Origin: Candidatus Zhuqueibacterota bacterium
GTDB taxonomy: Bacteria > Zhuqueibacterota > Zhuqueibacteria > Thermofontimicrobiales > Thermofontimicrobiaceae
DNA: 64,000 nt
Assembly: GCA_049322915.1 (NCBI GenBank)
Contig: JBMOPW010000016.1
Span: forward strand, 135,971 to 199,970
Direction of reading: 5' to 3'
The translations under genes were made by a program, and so were the position numbers. Positions 57,598-64,000 of this stretch are shown piece by piece. Position 1 is the first letter of the stretch. Every line of letters starts with the position of its first letter. The notes below the pieces were generated by a model. That model saw only the letters and a program-made list of their open reading frames with translations, made no database searches and was not told the origin of the DNA.

Positions 57598-59961
57598 CTA
57601 AAAATCCTGATGCTCTGTTCGGGAGATGATCTCTTCCTGCAATTCCCTGCCGAGGTCGACGAAGTAATCACTGTACCCGGCAACGCGCACTATCAAGTCG
57701 CGATAGAGCTGGGGATTCTTCTGAGCATCGCGCAGGGTTTTAGCGTCGACTACATTGAACTGAATATGGTGACCGTCCCATTTGAAATATGTTCGCACCA
57801 GATGCATCAGCTTCGTAATGCCGTTTTCGCCATCCAGCACCTGGGGGGAGAATTTCATGTTCAGCAAGGTCCCGCCGGTGCGGACGTGATCCATTTTTGT
57901 CACGGATTTGATGACGGCGGTCGGGCCTTTGCGATCCGCGCCCTGGACAGGGGAAATGCCTTCAGAGAGCGGCTTACCGGCCAGTCGTCCGTCCGGGGTG
58001 GCATTGACCACAGACCCGAAATAGATGTGACAGGTCGTTGGCAGCAGGTTAATGCGATAATGTCCGCCTTTGGTGTTCATGCGACCATTGACGGCCTCGT
58101 AATAGGCCTCGAAAATTTCCAGCATCAGGCTGTCGGCGTAATCATCATCGTTGCCGTAGCGGGGCGTTCTGTTGAGGAGCGTGTCGCGAATTTTTTCATG
58201 ACGGTGAAAATTATCCTCCAGCGCCTCTAACAGTTGGTGCATGGCAAAAGTTCTCGCCTCGAAAATGTGATATTTCAGAGCAGCCAATGAATCGGTGATG
58301 GTGCCAGTGCCCACGCCCTGAATGTAGGACGTGTTGTAGCGCGCGCCGCCGTTGTGATAGTCCAGTCCTCTGGCAATGCAATCGTCAATGAGCAGCGAGA
58401 GAAACGGGACCGGCATGTTGTCGGCGTAAATTCTTTCGATGATGTTATTGGCTTTGATTTTAATATTGATAAAATGGGAGAGCTGTCTTTTGTAGGCAGC
58501 GAATAGTTCGTTAAAGGATGAAAAATCGCGCGGGTCGCCGGTGGCCAATCCGATGCGTTTCCCGGTTCGGGGATCTAAGCCGTTGTGCAGCGTGATTTCG
58601 AGGACTTTCACCAGATTGAAATAGCCGGTGAGATTGTAATTTTCTTTGCCAAAAGCGCCGGTCTCGACACAGCCGCTGGTGCCGCCTTCACGCGCATCTT
58701 CCACGGACTTGCCCTGCCGGACGAGTTCCTGGATCACGGCGTCCGTGTTGAAAATTGATGGCTGCCCGAATCCATTGCGGGCGACGCGCAGCGCCTGTTT
58801 GAGAAATTTATCCGGCGTTCGTTTGCTGATTTGAACCGATGGGCTCGGCTGAATCAATCGCATCTCGTCCATCACTTCGAGGATGAGGTAGGAGACGTCG
58901 TTGACAGCGTCGGAGCCATCCGGCTTCACACCGCCGCTGTTGATCTGGGCGAAGTCGGCGTAGGTCGCGCTTTCCTCCGCCGTCACGCCCACTTTGGGCG
59001 GCGCTGGCTGATTGTTGAATTTGATCCAGAATGCCTGCAGTAATTCTTTGGCAGATTCCCTGTTCAGCAATCCCCGGGCCACGTCGTTCTGATAAAACGG
59101 GAAGAGGTGTTGATCCAGTTTGCCGGGATTGAATGAGTCCCACGGATTCAGCTCAGTGATCACGCACAGATGGACGAACCAGTAATATTGCAGCGCTTCG
59201 CGGAAACTTCGCGGTGCATGGGCCGGCACATGGGTGCATACGTCCCGGATCTGGTCCAATTCATTTTTACGGATGGGATCAGTCACTGCCCCGGCAAGTT
59301 CGGCGGCCTTTTCCGCATGCCGGCGGGCCAATGTCAGAATCGCGTCGATGGCAACATCCATGGCGCGAAGTTCTTCGCGTTTGTTATAGGCCAATGGATC
59401 ATTGAGAAAATCGAGCTGGCTCAGGGCGCGCTGTACGTCGCCGCGAAAATCGAGCATGCCCTTGTGATAAATTTTCCCGTCGAGCACCGTGTGTCCCGGC
59501 GCGCGTTGCTCCATGAATTCGGTGAAAACGCCAGACCCGAATGCCTCCTTCCAGTCCTGGCCCATTTCGGCGAATATCTTCTCCCGAATCGTCCTGCCTT
59601 TCCAGTAGGGGATGATGATGTTTTGATACTGGTCCCGCGTCGCCGCATCGACTTTGAACGGTATTTTCTCGCGTGAATTCAGGATGTCCAGGTCGGACAG
59701 GGTGTGCGCGGTGAGCTCCGGATAGGTGGGCACCGCTTTGGGCGCCGGGCCGCGCTCGCCGACTATTAATTCGCCGGGCCCGATGTAAATGGATTTGTGC
59801 TCCATGATGTATTTCAAAACCATCGCTCGCCGAACCGGCGGTGAGGCGTTTGCCGCTTGTTCGTTTTTATGAAATTCAGTGACGAGCAGTGCCCGCTCCG
59901 GACTGATGTACGGCATGGCATTGACACTCTGCTCGCGCAGTTTCTGAATGCGCACATTCAC
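57598..59961 (-). CDS. hypD: Glycyl radical enzyme, trans-4-hydroxy-L-proline dehydratase
   Basis: TEFMEQRAPGHTV, FNNQPAPPKVG, ES.TY.DFA, GGTSGCVETG, LPTTCHIYFG, RVAGYS; GTG start 59961 after AGGAG. Confidence 0.88.
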   Translation of the reverse strand: MNVRIQKLREQSVNAMPYISPERALLVTEFHKNEQAANASPPVRRAMVLKYIMEHKSIYIGPGELIVGERGPAPKAVPTYPELTAHTLSDLDILNSREKIPFKVDAATRDQYQNIIIPYWKGRTIREKIFAEMGQDWKEAFGSGVFTEFMEQRAPGHTVLDGKIYHKGMLDFRGDVQRALSQLDFLNDPLAYNKREELRAMDVAIDAILTLARRHAEKAAELAGAVTDPIRKNELDQIRDVCTHVPAHAPRSFREALQYYWFVHLCVITELNPWDSFNPGKLDQHLFPFYQNDVARGLLNRESAKELLQAFWIKFNNQPAPPKVGVTAEESATYADFAQINSGGVKPDGSDAVNDVSYLILEVMDEMRLIQPSPSVQISKRTPDKFLKQALRVARNGFGQPSIFNTDAVIQELVRQGKSVEDAREGGTSGCVETGAFGKENYNLTGYFNLVKVLEITLHNGLDPRTGKRIGLATGDPRDFSSFNELFAAYKRQLSHFINIKIKANNIIERIYADNMPVPFLSLLIDDCIARGLDYHNGGARYNTSYIQGVGTGTITDSLAALKYHIFEARTFAMHQLLEALEDNFHRHEKIRDTLLNRTPRYGNDDDYADSLMLEIFEAYYEAVNGRMNTKGGHYRINLLPTTCHIYFGSVVNATPDGRLAGKPLSEGISPVQGADRKGPTAVIKSVTKMDHVRTGGTLLNMKFSPQVLDGENGITKLMHLVRTYFKWDGHHIQFNVVDAKTLRDAQKNPQLYRDLIVRVAGYSDYFVDLGRELQEEIISRTEHQDF

Positions 59962-60164
59962 GAGGCGTATCTCCTGATTGACGATTTTCCTGGTTTTAAA
60001 ATGACTTCTCTCAAAGTCGAGTGAATAAGATAACTCAATGAAACGAAAAATACAAGGGAAAATATTGATCCGGAGATTGTCGGCGCCAGGTATTGAAAGC
60101 CGGCTGGTATGGCTGCATCCCGGCTGCGACTGTCCGTTTGAGTCCCCAATCAACCTCCGGGCAT

Positions 60165-61973
60165 TCACTCGGCGATAATGGATTTCACCGTCCAGGTATT
60201 GAAATCCAGAATGACTTTTTCATTGCCGTACTGAATCTCGATGATCTTGCTGCCTTTTCGGGCATTGACGAAAGGTCCCTCGAAGAGCGGCCAATTTTCA
60301 AACGTGATCGGCACTTGATTCACCAACCGGGTATTCGGATAGGCGAATTCCAGATCATCGCCACGGGAGTTGGTGTAGCTCACCCGCAAATTTTTCAGAT
60401 CCAGCCGAAGCGGATTGGCCTTGATTTGATTTTGAAATGCAGCGAACGAGGGAAATTCCGAAACACGGGCGACTTCCATGATGACGCCGGTTTTGGGACT
60501 GGTGAGAGTGAGCCGGAAATGATCCTTTTCTTCATGCCACACTCCGTTCGTCAGCGTGCGAACCGCGAAGTAGACCGAGTCCGCGCGACAGAAAATCCAG
60601 CCGCTGGCATCGGCGATTCTCTCGTCGATGATTTTCGAGAAAAAGCCATTGACATGCTGATTGCGTTCAGTCTTCGGAATCTGGTACAATGCGATGAGCG
60701 TATTTTCATGCTGGAGCACTTCCTCGAACGGCGAACCCTCGACCCACTTGTTGGGGTCCTTGTAATAGGGACGCTGTTTGATGATATTGTCCAGAATTTT
60801 CTCCGGATCGTCGTCGAAATACTTCAGCAGTTGATCGCGCGAATGGGACGGATTGATGAAGAAGCACGTGGAGCCGTCCCGCGGCGAAACCCAGGTGAGG
60901 TCCCAGCGATGGTTCTCCACAGCCGTGATGTCGCCGAAGGAGGAACCCAATGCGTAGTCTCTGGTCACGTAATCATATTTCCATATTGGGATATCGCTTG
61001 TGTTGATGCCAAATCCTCGGCGGGGCGCTTTTGTCTCCCGGTGAATGTACGGCGTCGACCGGTCCGTGGCGATATTGCCCAGAATGGCCAGCGGCCGGAA
61101 ACCCTGCACCGCAGCCAATCCGACGAAATACGGCTCGGCCAATTCAGGATGATACACAGAGTTGCCGAAAAACAGATAGCCGAACGGAATGGCCACGCCG
61201 CAATTGAGCGCCGTGTGGGTGACCTGGTCATATTTTTCCCGGCTGTGCGCGCCAATCCAGTTGCCGTTCAAATACTCAGGCGCCCAGTCAGCGATGAGAA
61301 ACTGCATGGTCATCCAGGCTTTTTGGCGCATCCGCGGGTCTGTCGCGAAGTCGTACAACGTGGTGAAGCAGATGTAATAGAGCGAATGGTAGTTCACGGA
61401 ATCAAATTCCAGTTGACCGATGGAGACAGTGCGGTCGATCCAGTCGCTGATCCAGGCTTCGGCCTCGGCTTTGCCCTGCAGCGGCGTCATGCCGTCAGCA
61501 AAGCGCGGGCCTTCCGGCCACGTTTGTCCGAACAGATACCGGGCGACGCGGTATTGCAGTTTGTGATTTTCAGTGAACCCCTTGTCTGCGCCGAAATGGG
61601 TGTGCAGCCGGTATTTCGCTTTTTCAATGAGACCCGCCGGCAACTGGTCTCCGATTCGCAACATGGCGTCCATCATGGAATAGACATTGAAACATTCCCA
61701 ATGCACAGAGTCATCGACCGCGTCCTGAAGATACTTGAGCCCGGTTCGTTTATCGATGCCGGTGTGGACTTTGACGACGCCTAAATAAATCCTCCGGCGA
61801 ACGTCATCGCCTTCCATCCAGGACTGGCCGGCGAGCGCAGCGAGAATCACCTGGCGCCTGGCTTCCAATTGCGCGTAATACTCCCTGGTCGTGGGGTACA
61901 GACCCTGGCCGCGCAGCGCGCTGTTCGTGCCTAAAAACAGAAGCAGTATCAATAACACATTTTTTCGTGACAT
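60165..61973 (-). CDS. Secreted hypothetical protein (helical N-half, beta-rich C-half; heparinase II/III-like architecture)
   Basis: Signal peptide; TENHKL, G..EFDS..Y, LYDFA.D motifs. Confidence 0.6.
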   Translation of the reverse strand: MSRKNVLLILLLFLGTNSALRGQGLYPTTREYYAQLEARRQVILAALAGQSWMEGDDVRRRIYLGVVKVHTGIDKRTGLKYLQDAVDDSVHWECFNVYSMMDAMLRIGDQLPAGLIEKAKYRLHTHFGADKGFTENHKLQYRVARYLFGQTWPEGPRFADGMTPLQGKAEAEAWISDWIDRTVSIGQLEFDSVNYHSLYYICFTTLYDFATDPRMRQKAWMTMQFLIADWAPEYLNGNWIGAHSREKYDQVTHTALNCGVAIPFGYLFFGNSVYHPELAEPYFVGLAAVQGFRPLAILGNIATDRSTPYIHRETKAPRRGFGINTSDIPIWKYDYVTRDYALGSSFGDITAVENHRWDLTWVSPRDGSTCFFINPSHSRDQLLKYFDDDPEKILDNIIKQRPYYKDPNKWVEGSPFEEVLQHENTLIALYQIPKTERNQHVNGFFSKIIDERIADASGWIFCRADSVYFAVRTLTNGVWHEEKDHFRLTLTSPKTGVIMEVARVSEFPSFAAFQNQIKANPLRLDLKNLRVSYTNSRGDDLEFAYPNTRLVNQVPITFENWPLFEGPFVNARKGSKIIEIQYGNEKVILDFNTWTVKSIIAE

Positions 61974-62071
61974 ACGGCATCCTTTTCATAATCAACTTCT
62001 GAGGAAATCATTCGCGACATGCTCACTGGCCGATGCTGTGCCTGAAGTAAAAAGCAATACCATGTCGGCGA

Positions 62072-63469
62072 TTAAAACATCCGATCCCACGGGGCTAACA
62101 GAATGGGTTTCTGTTTCAGAATTTCCAGCACGTCCGGAGAGACGAAAGTCTTGTGCACCACGAGACGGAACATGTAGTCATCGAACCAATCATCGGTCAT
62201 AATCAGAAAACCATTATAACCGCTGGATTTGCCCCAACTATTTTCCAGCAGCCATTTGGTGGTGGAACCGTCAGCCGTTGTGTCCACGCCCACCAGGGAC
62301 ATGCCGTGGCTGGAGCCGCTGTCGTAGGTCTGAATGCGCTCGACTTTATCCATTTCAAATTTTACTCCGTAAATGGATTCATAGTCGTACAATCCTGGAC
62401 GTAGAATGCCAGCGTCCCGATCCAACTGTTTCCCCACATCGCACGAAAAATACATGGCTTCATCGGCAAGGATGGAGGCTTTGGCAAATTTCTTGATAGC
62501 GTCCGTGGGCAGATTGATGAACGTCCAGTTCTGCCGATCCGCCATGTTTCGGTCGAATTTTATCTCGTACAATTTGAAATACGGCCGGGTGGGATCGTTC
62601 ATGAGCTGAACGTAGTCGCGGAGATTGATGGCAACGATTTCCTGATAGAACGCTTGCGGCGTGTATGTTTTGGGCGCAGAAATTTTACCGTCTTTATCCT
62701 CATAAATCCAAGTGAATTCTTTGGGCGGTAGACCCAGGTTGATGACGAGCATGCGGTAAATTTCAGCCAGCATGCTCACTTTCTCGCTGCGCAACTCCGA
62801 AACCGTCCGGCCCTTTTTGTGCAACTCGCGCAGCGTCAGTCCCTGGCTCTTCAATTTGCTGGAAACAAGTCGGCGCATCATGCCGGTATTTTCGCTGTTG
62901 TAACTCTCCGCCATGGCGTCCTTCGGCACAGCGCCATATTTCCCGATCAGATCCACGGCATAATTCCAGATGCCGCCGTCCTGCAGGGGATTCTTGAACA
63001 GCCACTCCACATCGCGGTCGTCCATTTTCTGGTCCCGGGTGCTGATGATGCCCTCCAGAAACAGATTGGCCTTTTCTAACTGATCCCAGAAGAACAAATA
63101 ATTTTCAGAAAATTGAAATTCCTTGAGATTGTTCTTTTTGATGATCTGAGGACGCAGCACGTTGAGCGACGTGAACAGCCAGCATCGGCCGGACGACTTC
63201 TGGTCCGTGATGGCGTCGGTTTTAATGCGATGGGCGAAGAAGTGATCGGTCTTGCCAACCAGTTCCCGGTTTACAGCCAACTCCTGAATATTGTTGTTAG
63301 AGACGGCGTTCATGATGGCGCGGGTCGGGCCGTCCAGTTTGAACGATGACTCAATCGTTCGCAGCATGGTTTCAGAAATGGCGCTTTCGGCCTGTTGCGC
63401 CAGTGCGTTGGCGCTGAATAGCGGGATTAAAAATAGACAAACTGCCAAAACCATAAAATACCGTTTCAT
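62072..63469 (-). CDS. pepC: Aminopeptidase C / bleomycin hydrolase (peptidase C1B), exported
   Basis: DQKSSGRCWLF, FWDQLEKAN, HGMSLVG, ENSWG, PWDRMF; signal peptide. Confidence 0.9.
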   Translation of the reverse strand: MKRYFMVLAVCLFLIPLFSANALAQQAESAISETMLRTIESSFKLDGPTRAIMNAVSNNNIQELAVNRELVGKTDHFFAHRIKTDAITDQKSSGRCWLFTSLNVLRPQIIKKNNLKEFQFSENYLFFWDQLEKANLFLEGIISTRDQKMDDRDVEWLFKNPLQDGGIWNYAVDLIGKYGAVPKDAMAESYNSENTGMMRRLVSSKLKSQGLTLRELHKKGRTVSELRSEKVSMLAEIYRMLVINLGLPPKEFTWIYEDKDGKISAPKTYTPQAFYQEIVAINLRDYVQLMNDPTRPYFKLYEIKFDRNMADRQNWTFINLPTDAIKKFAKASILADEAMYFSCDVGKQLDRDAGILRPGLYDYESIYGVKFEMDKVERIQTYDSGSSHGMSLVGVDTTADGSTTKWLLENSWGKSSGYNGFLIMTDDWFDDYMFRLVVHKTFVSPDVLEILKQKPILLAPWDRMF

Positions 63470-63597
63470 CCTGGTTCTCCTTGAAATGGATTATTGGGGA
63501 CACGAAAAAGCGGTTCAGCGCAGAGAAAATTTTTCGGCTTCGTCATTGATTCACTGCGCGACGCTCGATTGGAGTTGAGATCATGAGACAAATGAGT

Positions 63598-63625
63598 ATT
63601 ATAAAAATTTAATTGACAAAGTCAA
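63598..63625 (-). promoter_or_regulatory. sigma70-like promoter of pepC with a palindrome over the -35
   Basis: Minus strand TTGACT-N16-TATAAT; ATTGAC-AAA-GTCAAT palindrome. Confidence 0.5.
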
Positions 63626-64000
63626 TCGAAATTATTCTGAGTGATGCCCGCGCTGGATGCCTATCCAATGCGATCAGGTGACTATAAATCTAAATCGCAG
63701 AAACGACCATAGTGTTGTGGTAGAAATAAAAAACGCCCTGTTCAAAATAAGGGCGTTGAAAATTTTTGTCGTGAGTGAAAGAAAAGGCAGCATGCGTCGC
63801 GCTGATTGAGAATCGTTCCATCGCTGGAAAATCACTCCGGCCGTTGTTGTTTCGACGAGTCCGCGGGAGGAGCGCCTCCATCCTCCTGTCGTTCCGGGCC
63901 AGACCTGTGGTTTTTCCGATGATCCCCTCCGATCATCATTTTGGCAAATGTCGATTTGAATTTATTCCACTGTTCATCGTTCAAAATGGCGCGATGCTTC

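Noticed and set aside
59962..60168. 69-aa N-terminal extension of HypD
   Set aside because: Homology and an AGGAG RBS point to GTG 59961. ORF-track extensions of uvrB, purD, the 38-kb radical SAM, A1 and the first NifX gene were trimmed on similar grounds (homology, RBS or promoter position).
60093..61784. 563-aa plus-strand ORF
   Set aside because: Antisense shadow of the 602-aa minus-strand gene; no motifs or RBS, and typical reverse-frame composition.
63690..64000. ncRNA or small ORF before the hairpin at 63729-63758
   Set aside because: No recognisable RNA family; context is cut off by the window edge.

Overview
A 64-kb, mostly chromosomal-backbone window from an anaerobic, peptide-fermenting diderm bacterium. 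T9SS-type C-terminal domains, a PorV-like gene, SusD-less TonB-receptor architecture and the sigma54-activator-lptE-TPR synteny suggest the FCB superphylum, KSB1/Calditrichota-like (inference). Contents in order: (1) TonB receptor / T9SS-like cargo / PorV-like operon; (2) DNA-repair-like cluster (HEAT/AlkD-like protein, SplB-like radical SAM with a PolX-type HhH tail, DUF1848); (3) tRNA-Val(CAC); (4) M14 carboxypeptidase with an apparently separately encoded prodomain-like lipoprotein; (5) W/Mo aldehyde oxidoreductase + ferredoxin + MoaD + MntP; (6) a sigma54-promoted NifX/Mrp/MinD-ferredoxin ('ORP-like') cluster containing an FmdB gene interrupted by an in-frame TAG; (7) cNMP-domain-fused aspartase; (8) acyl-CoA ligase + radical SAM; (9) uvrB, purD, an epimerase, a sigma54 activator and lptE; (10) a ~4.2-kb AT-rich island bounded by 23-bp direct repeats, carrying tandem [beta-propeller lipoprotein + T9SS cargo] cassettes with near-identical 5' leaders; (11) a ceramide-synthase-like GNAT coupled to an M28 hydrolase, the hydroxyproline dehydratase HypD and aminopeptidase C. 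No CRISPR array, rRNA, integrase, transposase or reverse transcriptase was seen. All family calls come from motif recognition by eye; no database searches were run.
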